Position numbers and translations under genes: made by a program. Shown here one piece after another: positions 51,019 through 64,000 of a DNA stretch of 64,000 nucleotides; the stretch's first letter is position 1, and each line of letters starts with the position of its first letter. Under the pieces are notes generated by a model. It was not told the DNA's origin, did no database searches, and saw only the letters and a program-made list of their open reading frames with translations. Origin of the DNA: Eledone cirrhosa (Eukaryota); assembly GCA_964016885.1 (NCBI GenBank), contig OZ024742.1:239506001-239570000 (forward strand). The letters are read 5' to 3'.

Positions 51019-54000
51019 TGTAGATCACGCCACCTAGCTTTGACTTTGGAGGCAGTCGATTAACTGCCCTTAGTTCTGACGTCACATTCTGACGTCAGTA
51101 GCTGAATACACTCTCTTTTCGACTTTGTGTGTTGATGTGAGCAGACGCATTTCACGGTGGCGAAACAGCGATATCTCACCATGCAGTCACGGGATATTTG
51201 AACACCGCCACATAATGATAATTACGAATTACCAATCAAGGAGCAACTGATATGATAACCTGTTTTGTTTATTGCTCTGATTAAAATGCTCATGTACATA
51301 TAATCTCGAGGTATGTTCTTTTTGCTTGTTTACCTACACCTAACAACAAATAGAAGAGATTTTCTAGCAGCCAAGCTAGGGAAACAAACTCCCCTCTAAA
51401 TCGTAAAACAACGCAGCCTTCTAAAATGGTGACCATCTCTCCTAAAGTGGTTGACCTCGAACATCGAACACTATTAAATGGCAACCTTCCGATAGAACAT
51501 GTGGTTGAACATTTATAAGCGAAACACTTATATCTTCTATTATGCTATTCTCTGGGCAGTGAATATATAACAAAAAAGAAAAAAACAACAAAAATAATGA
51601 TTATCAACATTTTTTAACATGTTTTTTAAGCAGACAAACCAAAAGAGGAAAAATAATCCTTATTTTTTGTAATGGCCAATAATTTTACCGCCAATTGTCT
51701 TTCTTCTCCAAAATGCAGCCATCTGATTGGCTGAGAATCATCATCTGCCATCTTTTCCCGACCTTAACTGAGCAGCGTGATATGCTGTCGATATATATTT
51801 TTTTAAGAGTTCCTGCCATAAAGTGATTTGACTTGTCGACTTCGGATTGTTTTTTACAAATTCGCCGGATTATTTTCCGTTATGGACACTTGAGAACATT
51901 TTTTTTTCCGTTCTTCTGCCTTTATGGATGTTGAGGGAAATGTGTGCTGTTTTCCCGTTGTTCTGAACATCTAAAGAAATTTCTGCATTATTTTAATGTG
52001 AATATCACTTACTTTTATACGTCCAAGCTGATATAGATTGACAATGAGTGGTCCTAATTTACTTGCTTCTTCTTCAATTTTGAACCAGCTCGTCTCGACA
52101 CGCGAGGATACCATGTTGAAAGCTATTGATGCTTTGACGCAACAAGTCGCTCGGTTATGCAGGGAGAATAGGCCGTATTCCCGGAGGCCTAGGAGTCGTT
52201 CGCGACTCCACGTCAGCATACTACTTCGCCTGCCAGCAATCCATTATTTTGCTGGTATCATGCCACCTTCGCGGATAAGGCAAAACATTGCCGGCCTCCA
52301 TGCAAATATTCAGCTTCGGGAAATGCAGATCAGAGTCACTAGAGGCAGCAAGTGAACTCTGCGAGACACAACAGAACCGTTATTTCTTCATAGAGGACCT
52401 CCTGTCTGGAAGAGCCTTCCTCATAGACACAGGAGCTTCGTGCAGTATTTGGCCTGTTAATTGTATGACAGTAACTCCTCCCGAGTCGTCGATTGAATTG
52501 CCAGCTGTCAACCAGTCACCAATCCGAACTTTTGGACAGATCTCACTTCCTCTTCAGTTCGAAATTTTCGTCGGGATTTCAAATGGGTTTTCACTGTTGC
52601 CGACCTGCTATACCCGATTTTGGGCGCGGACTTCCTGCACCATTTTTCTTTGACGGTGGACGTCTGTCACCAACGCCTACTTGACGATATTACTGGTTTT
52701 TCTCTTTGTGGCAGGACAGCAGATGTTTCTACAGTTAGCCCGACATTCTTCATTGGTAACTCCGGAAACCCATATCATGGATTGTTGAAATCGTTCCCGC
52801 AACTGACTCATGGAAATTTTAGAGTCACTGATCCGAACCACGCCACAGAGCATTTCATTACTACTACTGGCGCTCCGGTTTTTTCGCGTCCCCGTCGATT
52901 GCCAGTGGACAAACTGAAAGCAGCACGGTCCGAGTTCGATCATATGCTGCAGCTCGGAATTATTCGTCCTTCCACAAGCCCGTGGGCATCTCCATTACAT
53001 ATGGTGCCAAAACCTTCTGCCGATTGGAGACCCACAGGGGATTATAGACGATTGAAGTCGATGACCGTACCATTTAGATCTTTTGAATTTCTCACCATGC
53101 CTTTCGGGTTAAGAAATGCTGCTAGCACCTTCCAGCGATTTATGGATGAGGTCACTCGCGCCCTCGATTTTGTATACACATATATTGATCTTCTTGTTGC
53201 TAGCTCTTCTCCAGAACAACATTTGCACCATCTGGACCTTCTATTTTGTCGTTTGAAGGATTACAATGTTCGGATTAATCCATCAAAATGTGTTTTTGGT
53301 TCCGAATCTCTGAATTTTTTTGGCCACGTCATTGACGCTGACGGTATTTGACCTATTCCTGAGAGAGTTAAAGCTATAGAGGATTTGCCTCCACCAACCT
53401 CACTCCGTCATCATCATCATCATTTTACGTCCACTTTTCCCTGCTTGCAAGGGTGGGACGGGAACTGATTCTGGCTTGATTTCTACAGCTGGATGCCCTT
53501 CCTAACACCAACCTCATTTTCAGTGAGTGCTGGGTGCTTTTTTGCCGTGGCACCTCCACGACCACTTTACAGTGGAATGATAGGAACCCCAGTCCCTATC
53601 ATCTCATTTCTACAGCTGAGTAAACTGGAGCAATGTGAAATAAAGTGTCTTGCACAAGGAAACAACACATCACCCTGTCTGAGAATTGACCGGGTGATGT
53701 GTTGTTTCCTTAAGCAAGACACTTTATTTCACATTGCTCCAGTTTACTCAGCTGTAGAAATGCGTTGCGCCAATTCTTGGGGCGGATTAATTTTTATAGG
53801 CGGTTTGTGCCTAATTGTGTTAAGCTACTCTTCTCTTTGACGGAAATTTTGAAAAATTGCCGAAAGAAAAATAAAGACATTTCTTTGAATGAAACTCAGC
53901 TCGAGGATTTTGAGAAGGCGAAAATTGCTCTAGCCAATGCAACTTTGCTGGCTCACCCAGTGTCCAATACTAAGCTTTCACTTTGTGTTTATGCGTCGGA

Positions 54001-56314
54001 TACTGCCGTGGGCGCAGTTTTGCAACAAAGTAGGAATGATCAATAGCAACCGTTGGAATTTTTCTCCAGGAAGCTGAAACCTGCCGAAACCCACTACAGC
54101 ACCTTTGGACGGGAGTTGTTAGCTATATACTTATCGGTGAAGCATTTTTCGCACATGCTTGAAGGAAGAACGTTCACCATTTTCATGGACCACAAGCCAT
54201 TGACATTCGCCTTGCAAGCAAAGGCTGACAAATACTCGCCCAGAGAAACTAAACATCTCGACCTCATCTCTCAATTTACTAATGATATTCAACATATTCC
54301 GGGTTTTATGAATACAGTGGCCGACGCCCTGTCTCGTTTGCCGATTGCTACGATCTCGTCGTCCGATGACATAGATTTGAATCGCTTGGCAGCCGATCAG
54401 CCTACCCTCGAATCGTTGGATGTTACATCGTCTGAATCTGCGACGTCTCTTTGGATGCACCACAAACTTTTGTTCCGTTGAACCATCGTCAAACTGTATT
54501 TCTTGTTTTACACGGCATTTCACATCCAGGATCTTCTGCCACAGTAAAACTCATAACGGCTAGATTCTTCTGGCCAAATATGAGACGTGATATTACTGTT
54601 TGGTGCCGTTCCTGTATTGATTTCCAGAAATCAAAAGTTCACAGGCATGTTTAGACTTCTCTAGGTACTTTTAGTAACCCGGACGCTCAGTTTCGCCACA
54701 TTCATGTGGACATCGTGGGACCTTGGCCAATCAGCGGTGGTCATAACTACATATTGACTGTTATCGATCGTTTTTCGCGATGGCCTGAAGCCATCCTCTT
54801 GAAAGATATCACTGCTGAGACCACAGTGCGTGCCCTTGTGTCGGGATGGATCGCTCGATATGGAGTATCAACGTCAATTACCACGGACCGTGGAAGGTAG
54901 TTTGAATCGAATCTCTTCCATGAATTAACGAAAATCATCGGCGCTAAACGCATCCGAACGACTGCATAACATCCTGCCTCTAATGGAATGGTGGAGCGCT
55001 TCCACCGACAACTAAAAGTCGCTCTACGGACTTCTCCTGACTCTACGTGTTGGAGCGAGTACCTCCCTATTGTGTTGTTGGGGATTCGGTCAACAATAAA
55101 GGAGGACCTTGGGTTCTCTCCAGCCGTTTTGCTATATGGTGCTCCTCTAGCGTTACCTGGGCAAATGCTTTCCCCTGTCAATCTTGCTGCACAAGATCCG
55201 CTTTCCTACATATCCCGTCTGCGTTCTTATTTTCAGGACCTGCCGCCGATGGATACGAGGAAGCAAACTGTAAAATCTGCAGTCCTGAGGGATATTGCTT
55301 TGTAGACCCATGTGTTTGTGAGAAATGATGCTGTGAGACCACCTCTCACACAACCATATTCTGGACCCTACCGTGTATTAGCTTGTTCTGAGAAACATTT
55401 CACTGTAGACATTAAGGGTTCCAGAGAGACGGTTTCTATTGATCGACTCAAACGAGCACATTTGGACACAGACGCTATCACACCTGAGCCACAAACGCCC
55501 CCGTCTTTTTCTTTCGCACATACACCTGTTTCTTCGTGTGTGTGTGTGTCCCCATTACCAAAATATAAGACTACGACCCGTTCCGGTCGGAGGGTTCATT
55601 GGCCCAAAAAACTGCGTAGCACTATATTTTTAAGCTGCTATTGTGCGGCGCTTTAATCCTGTATTTTCTATTTGAACTTTTAAAAATTGTATTTACATTT
55701 TATTATAATTTTTTTCTTTCTCGTTCTTGCATGCTTGTTTCATGTTCTTTTGAAATTTGTTGTGCCCTTCATACTCAGTTGGGCTGATTGCTCCTTGGTT
55801 TGGGGTTTTTGCTAGTTGCTCATCGTTTTTCTACCTACATGGTCCGATGAACCGAGTTTTATTTCTTTTTCTAAAAATCTGGTGGGAGACCATGTAGAAG
55901 ATCATGCCATCTAGCTTTGACTTTGGAGGCAGTCGATTAACTGCCCTTAGTTCTGACGTCACATTCTGACGTCAGTAGCTGAATACACTCTCTTTTCGAC
56001 TTTGTGTGTTGATGCGAGCAGACGCATTTCACTGTGGCGAAACAGCGATATCGCACCATGCAGTCACGGGATATTTGAACACCACCACCAAATTACCAAT
56101 CATGGAGCAACTGATATGATAACCTGTTTTGTTTATTGCTCTGATTAAAATGCTCATGTACATATAATCTCGAGGTATGTTCTTTTTGCTTAATTGTTTA
56201 CCTACACCTAACAACAAATAGAAGAGATTTTCTAGCAGCCAAGCTAGGGAAACAAACTCCCCTCTAAATCGTAAAACAACGTAGCCTTCTAAAATGGTGA
56301 CCATCTCTCCTAAA
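51019..56314 (+). mobile_element. Ty3/Gypsy LTR retrotransposon, decayed
   Basis: LTRs 51019-51446 and 55893-56314; TSD AGTC at 51015-18 and 56315-18; PBS-like tggttgacctcg; PPT-like ggtgggagacca. Gag CWYH..C..PC, protease FLIDTGA, RT MPFGLRNAA, RNase H DHKPL, integrase TDRGR/MVERFHRQLK and GPY motif. Confidence 0.95.
53409..53762 (-). mobile_element. SINE family B with fold-back 5' end, inserted in Gypsy pol
   Basis: Interrupts PTSLRQ|LRQFLG; 53605-53680 is inverted at 53688-53762. Confidence 0.88.
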
Positions 56315-57019
56315 AGTCTTAGAATGTGACAGTCTGTCCAACCCATGCCAGTGCAGAACGTGGACGTATGATGATGATGATGATAATGATGATGATGATG
56401 TTGGTAGTGATGATGATGATGATAATGATGGTCTCTAAGTGTATAAAACTTGACAGTATATAATACTGTTCAGGAATTTAGTCCAAATCTTTAGCTTTTC
56501 AATCTGTCAGCTTGCAGCCCTTCAAAAATATATAACAGTTAATTTTACAGACTGGTTTGTATGTATAATTGTCATATGACAATAGCCAAACCCTATTTTG
56601 AGGGGGGTTGGAGGGTCGAGGGGTCAACATTGAAAACATTACCTGAAGGTGTAGAGAGATTGTGACAAGCCATTGAAATGAAACAAAAATAAAAGAAATA
56701 GATAAACTATCATCAGTAAATTAGTTGATTTTATTCCAAGACAATCTTTTATTTCTGAAGCAACAGAAATGAAGACAGATAAAAACATCTTTTAAATATA
56801 GAATATAGGCAGAGATAATAATTGTTCCTGTGCTATTATTTATACTTCTATTGTTGTTGTTGATGGTTTGTATAGTAACTATGATAATTATGGGATCTTC
56901 TACTGCCTGTTGAGTTTCAACAAGGACCTTAGATAGCCAGTACCTTTTTGAGTATATCTGTAGAGTCCAACAGGGTAGTCTTTTCTAGGAGAATAATTTG
57001 TGATTCAAAGTCTACTATT

Positions 57020-57205
57020 GTGGATTGGCAGAAACAGTAGAGGATCAGACACTATAATTTGCAGCATAGAGTTACGGCCCTTTATGATCTGAGTTCAAAT
57101 CCCGCCGAGGTTAGCTTTGCCTTTCATCCTTACGGGGTCGATAAAATAAAGTACCAGTAATGCACTGGGATAATTGCTGACCTTGTGCCAAAAGTAGAAA
57201 CAATT
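57020..57205 (+). mobile_element. SINE family A
   Basis: gattggcag..gagttcaaatcccgccgagg..gtgccaaaagtagaaacaatt. Confidence 0.85.
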
Positions 57206-58715
57206 GTGCGGCTAATAAAGAAATCATTATTATTACTATTGTGGAAAAACTGGGAGAGGGCACTTGCCCTGGTGGTCAGTCACTGAGGTTTTTTGTGGGT
57301 TTTCTCCACGAGTGACCCTCAGAAGTCTCCCCCTATTGGGGAATTTTTCCTGTTTTCATTTTTTTTTTACATCCTTTGTTTTTTTTTATATATATAATTT
57401 TGTTTGTTTTTTACACGCAGAAATGCCCATTTGTACCATCCTGTACTGTCCTTAATGTTATACTTTATGTCAACCTTTGTGGTTAATAAAGAAAGCATTA
57501 TTACATTTATCATCAATATTATTATTATTATTAATGATAATTGTAATAGCAATAATAATAATTGTTTCTACTTTAGGCACAAGGCCAGCAATTACCCAGT
57601 GCATTACTGGTACTTTATTTTATCGACCCCGTAAGGATGAAAGGCAAAGTCAACCTCGGCGGGATTTGAACTCAGATCGTAAAGGGACGTAACTATGCTG
57701 GAAAGCATGGCGTCCGGCCCTCTACCGATACTGCCAATCCACCGCCCTATAGCAATAATAATAATGCTTTCTTTATTAACCACAAGGATTGACATAAAGT
57801 ATAACATTAAGGACAGTACAAGACGGTACAAATGGGCATTTCTGCATGTAAAAAATTAACAAAATTATATATATAAAAAAAACAAAAAAAAAACAAAGGA
57901 TGTAAAAAATGCGCCTGTAGACAGAGGAGTGGGAGAACTGAAAGAGGGCGCTTGCCCTGGTGGTCAGGGTGACCGTAGTCTTTTGCGTGGTTTTCTCCAT
58001 GAGTGACCCTCAGAGTTTTCCCCCCTATTGGGGAATTTTTGTTGTTTGAATTTTTTAATTTGTTTTTACACATTTCTATGTTTTTTGTTATAACCTTTTT
58101 TTACACGGCCAAAACCCACTTTGTATCATCCTGAACCGTTATGTGATGCCTGAAATGTCTTTCTTCATGTTAGCCCTTGTGGCCAATAAAGAAATCATTA
58201 TTTCATTTGAAAAGGAAAATTAGGGGGGAGAGGGAAGTACTCTCTTTCTAGCATTTTGTTGAAAGATGGGTGAGAGAGGCAAGCATGGCCCAAGTGAATG
58301 GGCCTGTTCTGAGCATGCATCTGTAAATTGAAGGTGGAAGACTGGGAGAGGGCACTTGCCCTGGTGGTCAGGGTCGATGTGGCGTTTTTCTCTACGAGTG
58401 TCCCTCAGAAGTTTCCCCCCTATTGGGGAATTTTCCTTTGTTTTGTTTTTTTACACACAGAAATGCCCATTTGTACCGTCCTGTACTGTCCTTAATGTCT
58501 ACTTTATGTCAACCCTCGTGGTTAATAAAGAAAGCATTATTATTATTTGTTATTTATCTATTGTTACCTTTGTTACCTGTTTTTTTTTCTTCCTTTTTAT
58601 TTAATTTTATGTAAATACACACTATCCTTGTTTATATGTATTGTCCTTAATATTTTTGGTCCCAGTGGTCAATAAAGAAATCCTTATTATTATTATTATT
58701 ATTATTATTATTGTT
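57206..58715. mobile_element. Cluster of L1/Tx1-like LINE 3' ends with (ATT)n tails
   Basis: At least 5 units ending gtgg(t/c)(t/c)aataaagaaa..attatt, one inverted (57762-57912). 58208-58326 encodes LKRKI..EREVLS..FVERWVREASMAQVNG. Confidence 0.6.
57563..57748 (-). mobile_element. SINE family A with 17-bp TSD
   Basis: TSD atagcaataataataat at 57546-57562 and 57749-57765. Confidence 0.9.
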
Positions 58716-59796
58716 GATGTTGTTTTTATTATTAGTTGTTGTTATATCCTTTTAGTGGGCTGTTTGTTTATTGAGTTCTTATATTGTTCTTTTCTCACGA
58801 GCAGCCCAGACAATGGCGTCCAGCAGGCAAAATTAGAGAGTGCGAGTTTATTGTATGGACTAAGCCAGAATAGAAGCACGTGACAACATAATGATATTGT
58901 AAGACAACATACCATGGTATGTGTGTGTTGTGGTGGTGGTAGTGGTGGATGTTGTGGTGGTGGTGGTGTTTGGGAAAGAAACACACATAAACACACACAC
59001 ACACACACAGACAGACACACACACATATATATATATAGAGAGAGAGAGAGAGTGTGTGTGTGTGTAAATGCATATGTGCATGTAATACAGAAAAAAGTGA
59101 GAGATTGTGTGTGGGTGGGTGGGTGTGAGAAGAGGTGGGGAATAGAGAAGGAGGGATAGAGAGAGAAAAAGGGAGAGATTGTGTGTGTGTGGGTGGGTGT
59201 GAGAGAGGTGGGGAATAGAGAGAGAAAAAGGGAGAGATTGTGTGTGTGTGTGCGCGTGCGTATATGACTCTAATGGAGAATGACACAGCCATATGACAAC
59301 AATGTTTCAAACATTGCTTGTCTTGAAATTAGTAGAGACACAGTCTTTTCAATCTGTCTTAATGGATGTGTCTGAACATATGTCACTGTCTTACATGTTT
59401 ACAACTACAATCCTATAATTGTAGAGTTATGTGCTGCTAATTCTGCTTGGCTATGGCTGTGTCCTGCCAGGTGTTGCAATTGGTAGATAGTATCAGCAAT
59501 GGAAACACCACTAGAAACATTGTTTCCTTGGTTTGATTTGATAAGTTCCATGTGAATGTGGTCTGGGAACTTGTTGATTGTTTCCCATGGTTATGTTTGC
59601 TATGAATGTAGCAGAAAAGGCAAATATGTTTCAGCCAAAAGAACAAGCTTTTCCACCTCATTTTTAGTCACACACACACTCTTCCTTTATATATATATAT
59701 ATACATAAATGCACAGATACATACATGCATGCATGCATACATGCATACATACATACATACATATATACATGCATACATACATGCATACATACATAC

Positions 59797-60175
59797 CCTG
59801 ACTATACCTTCAGATTTATGCCTGTGATTATTGGGGCACTGGAGTATGTTAGTAACTGCCTCAGTACAAATCGTGAGAAGCTAGGCTTCACAGAAACAGA
59901 AAGAACACAACTAGTTAGGAAATTACAAGTACAATCCATTAAAGGAACAGTAAAAATATGTAAAACATTCCAGATATAAAGCATATACATATGCACACAT
60001 ATAACTGAAAACATACATACAATAGCATCCATACCTGCACACACATGCATGCAGAAATGCATACATATCTACCTAGTTGATGTCGTGTAAATTCCAATGA
60101 CAGAGTCTTGTATCTGTGTTTGAAACCAACTCTCTCTATTGGTAACAAATTGTGAAATTAAAAAACCAGAAGAAC
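59797..60175 (+). mobile_element. 3' end of an RLE-type (R4/Dong/NeSL-like) non-LTR element in (CATA)n
   Basis: FMPVIIGALEYV..KLGF..LVRKLQVQSIKGTVKICKTF; (CATA)n on both sides. Confidence 0.6.
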
Positions 60176-60464
60176 ATACATGCATATAAACATACATACA
60201 TACATACATACATACATACATACATACATACATACATACATACATACATACATACACACACAAATATTGGCTGAATCTTGGTTTTGAGAATTGGCATCCC
60301 TTGACCTTTTTCTCATCCTTGGGTAGCATGAACAGAACCTTAAACCTTCTATCATACATGGGTGGCATGAACAACAAATTTTTTACCCTTCCAAGGACTT
60401 AGATTCTTTTCTGCATATGCTGCAGTGAACACATATAAAAGCCGTTTAGACCAAACAGTTCAAT

Positions 60465-60690
60465 GACAAACCTAAAAATTACTGTAAGTAGTAACCTCAA
60501 AATAGCTTTAATTTCTTACATTGTAACATTCAACCTTAATGACAAAAATTTCTAACCATACATTAAACCAAATGGCTCAATCTTATATACAGACAACAAT
60601 TCAGACTACCCAGCATTTATTCTTAGAAATCTACCAACTAATTTGAGCAAACAAATCTCTATTATCTCCTACAATGAAACATCACTAAAA
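60465..60690 (+). mobile_element. Decayed Penelope-like RT thumb fragment (different clade)
   Basis: Hand translation across frameshifts: LKITVSSNLKI..NFL..VTFNL..PYIKPN..LY..SDYP..ILRNLP..SKQIS. Confidence 0.6.
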
Positions 60691-61401
60691 AGTGAAGCGA
60701 ACATATATGTCAGCTGTGTTAGTTCTTTTGCTAATTAATACTAGCACGTCGAACTTGCGCTATATGTAAATAAACTTTCAACAAAAATAGTTTATTTACA
60801 AAATCTCTAAGATTTTCAAATCATTCATATCTCAGTTTATATCTGGAGTAAGTGAGCATTTGGTGTTGATGAATAATCATTTTGAAATAGATGCATCCAG
60901 AGCTCTTACACTGTACTGGGGTAGCTGTAGCTTTGTGGTGAGGGTATTTGGCTCACAATCATAAGGTCATGGATTTGATTCTAGGTGGTGTTCTTCAGCA
61001 AGACACTTTATTTCACGTTGCTCCAGTCTACTCAGCTGACAAAAATGAGTTGTACTTGTAATTCAAGGGTCAGCCATGTCACATTATGTGTTACACTGAA
61101 TTCCCCTGAGAACTATGTTAAGGATATCCATGTCTGTGGAATACTCAACTGCTTGCATATTAATTTCATAAGCAGGCTGTTCCGTTGATTGTATCAACTG
61201 GAACACTCATCGTCATAACTGACGGTGTGCCATTTTATAATATTAACAGCTAGACTATAGGTATGTTTATTAGACATAAACATTATATATGAAGTCATAT
61301 ACAGGTAAATTCAGCATGACTCAGTGTGTGACAAGGGTGACCCTTTGAATTACTGAAAGGACTGAACCAATGTGAAATAAAATCTCTAGTTCAAGAGCAC
61401 A

Positions 61402-61850
61402 ATCATCATCATCATTTTACGTCCACTTTTCCCTGTTTGCAAGGGTGAGACGGGTCCTTTTCAGCACAGTATCTCTCCATTTGTCACGGTCCTTCATCAT
61501 CTCCTCTGTGAGCTTCAGCGATCTGAGGTCAGCTCTCACTACCTCACTACCTTCTTCCACTGGGATTTCTTGGCACTTCTTTACCCAGCGGTCATCCTCC
61601 ATGCACATCACATATCCATACCAACGCAATCTTGTCTCTTGCACACTACAGTTTATCCTTCTTAAACACAGTTTCTCTCTCAACTCATCTATGCTTGGTC
61701 GTTCACATACATTGATATTGCACATCCATCAGAGCATGCTTGCTTCATTTCTCTCTAGCCTTCACATATCCTCCACAGTTGCTTCCCCAGTCTCACTACC
61801 ATGCAGCGTCGCACATCTCACACAAGCATCATATAACCGGCCTTTCGTGT
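61402..61850 (-). mobile_element. RTE family A 3' end nested in an older SINE
   Basis: RLRWYGYVMCMEDDRWVKKCQEIPVE; same tail as 12066-12120. Confidence 0.9.
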
Positions 61851-62384
61851 CAACAGAATATGTTGCCCAATCCAGAAATCAAACTCATAACCTTATGATT
61901 GTGAATTGAATACTCTAACCACTAAACCATATGTTTATATTGTTATCATAATACATGTTTCTTTATTATGAGAGTTCTGACTTGAAGTTCTGTCATGGTT
62001 GGCTCTGCGTTTCATCCCTCAGTAAAACGTGTACCAGTAATATACTAAGGTTAATTCAATGAATCATTTTAACACTTTCACCTACAAATCTGTGACCTTA
62101 TATGTCAATGTGAAAAATAATGACAATAAAAATAATTTTTTCCAGCATTGGCCCAAGGCCAGAAATTTTGGGGAATCGGAAAGTTGATTATATTGACCCC
62201 AGTATTTGACTGGTACTTTATTTTATCAACCATGAAAGGATGAAAGGCAAAGCTGACTTCAGCAGGATTTCACTAAAAGTAAATGTAGTGAATGACTGTT
62301 GGCTACAGTGTTTGACAATTGAATAGAGACAATATAGGTATCTGAGAGGACTCTTCACTCTGGACAAAAATGTGACACCCTATC

Positions 62385-62850
62385 TAGTGCTGGTGCAATA
62401 ATAAAATACACCCAGTCCACTCTGTAAAGTAGTAGTGCTGGTGCCATGATAAGATACACCTAGTCTACTCTGTAAAGTGGTAGTACTGGTGCAACAATAA
62501 AACACACAGTCCACTCAGTAAAGTGATAGTGCTGGTGCAACAATAAAACACACAATCTACTCTATCAAGTGATAGTGGGAGTGCCACGATAAAACACACA
62601 TAGTCCACTCTGTAAAGTGATAGTGCTGGTGACATAAGACACAACCGGCCCACTTTGTAAAGTGGTACTGCTATGGCATTGAAAAAAAAAAAAATCATCC
62701 TGTACACCTTGTAAGGTTGTTGGAGTTAGGAACGGCATCCAGCTATAGAAACCATGCTAATATGGAACGCATGAGCATGGGATCACATCAACCTATCTGG
62801 TCTCAGACCATGACAATCTGTTCAATTCATGCCAGAGTATAAAAAGATTT
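62385..62850 (+). repeat. ~43-bp minisatellite followed by a GGCATCC motif and SINE-like tail
   Basis: agtgctggtgc..ataaaacac..agtccactctgtaaagtg, about 7 copies. Confidence 0.75.
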
Positions 62851-63134
62851 TAAAAATTTGTCCCAATCCTGGAGGCTTGTCAGGCTAGCACTTATCCCAA
62901 TTTCCTTGGCTTTAAGTGACTCATTCCCCTGGACAAGATACCAGTTCATTACAAAGTTGACACACAACTACTGCAGGTATTCATTTTCAGCTGAGTGTTC
63001 TGGAGCAATGTGAAAAGAGGTGTCCAAGAATCAAACCCATGACATTATGATTGTAAGTCCAACACACATACCACCAGGCCACAAGCCATCGGTGTGGAAA
63101 GCAGAGGTAAAGATGATAACAATCCCGAGACTAC

Positions 63135-63512
63135 ATGATGATGGTGGTGATGGTGGTGATGGTGGTGGCGGTGGTGATGGTGGTGGTGGTGGTGGTAGTG
63201 GTGGTGGTGGCGGCGGTGGTGGTGGTGGTGGTAATGGTGGTGGTTGTAGACATGGTGTAGGTGGTGGTGATGATGATGATTGCAGTGGTGGTGGTGGTGG
63301 TGATTATGGTCATGATGGTGGAAGTGGTATTGATGATGGTGGTAGTGGTGATGATTATGATGACGATGCAGTGGTGGTAGTGGTGGTGATGGTGATGGCA
63401 GTGAAGTTGATGATGATGATAATGGCTGTGCTGAATGTGATGGTGGTGTTGGCATTGGTAGTTATAATGATGGTTGTGGTCATGGTGTTGCTCTTGGTGA
63501 TGATGATGAATA
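63135..63512. repeat. (GGT/GAT)n low-complexity repeat
   Basis: Direct reading. Confidence 0.9.
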
Positions 63513-63761
63513 AATAACAAAATATAAACTTTGTTTTATTTTGTTTTGTTTTTTAAATCAACTAATATCTAGATCAGGCAATGTTGAAAGAAATGAGATA
63601 GTTGTGAAGTTTACAAGGTAAACAACAATAGAAAATGAATTTTATTAGAACACAAAGTATGTTGTTTTATTTTTAACATTGTCACTGCATATGTATGGAC
63701 AGTGACAGCATGGATAGTGGACAGCACATATATACACATACATACACACATGCAAATATAT

Positions 63762-64000
63762 GAAGTGGTCGTGTAGGTGTCATGACAAAAAGCACCCAGC
63801 CCACACTGTAAAGTCGTGTAGGTGTCATAAAAAACACCCAGCCCACACTGTAAAGTGGTCGTGTAGGTGTCATGACAAAAAGCACCCAGCCCACACTCTA
63901 AAGTGGTCGTGTAGGTGTCATAACAATAAACACCCAGCCTACACTGTAAAGTGGTCCTGTAGGTGTCATGACAAAAAGCACCCAGCCCACACTCTAAAGT
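63762..64000. repeat. ~48-bp minisatellite running off the window
   Basis: aagtggtcgtgtaggtgtcatgacaaaaagcacccagcccacact(g/c)ta x5. Confidence 0.9.

Noticed and set aside
60090-60150. Hammerhead-like GAAACCAA..TTGGTA
   Set aside because: Core is CCAATGA with no stem I; better explained as a LINE 3' UTR hairpin
63020-63520. Poly-Gly/His/Thr ORFs
   Set aside because: Trinucleotide repeat with no splice or homology evidence

Overview
Repeat-saturated, AT-rich eukaryotic DNA with no confidently identifiable host gene. The SINE, RTE and microsatellite content suggests a mollusc, probably an octopus (inference). Contents: three RTE-clade LINE families, a near full-length CR1-group LINE with a PHD-finger ORF1, two Penelope-like (RT + GIY-YIG) elements and a third Penelope-like fragment, a Gypsy LTR element with 4-bp TSD, a DD37D (maT-type) Tc1/mariner transposon with an uninterrupted 344-aa ORF, piggyBac-like TTAA MITEs, several tRNA-derived SINE families, L1/Tx1-like and RLE-type LINE 3' ends, and a 1.4-kb degenerate (TTAGGG)n array. 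The strongest signal not shown by the ORF track is a set of small non-coding elements carrying type I hammerhead ribozyme motifs. Five loci have intact cores and several more are decayed. They sit in or next to TA/CA microsatellites, usually with an inverted fold-back end. One is a 291-bp tandem unit resembling a retrozyme, and one is a palindrome with a hammerhead on each strand. Ribozyme folds were read by eye; activity is untested.
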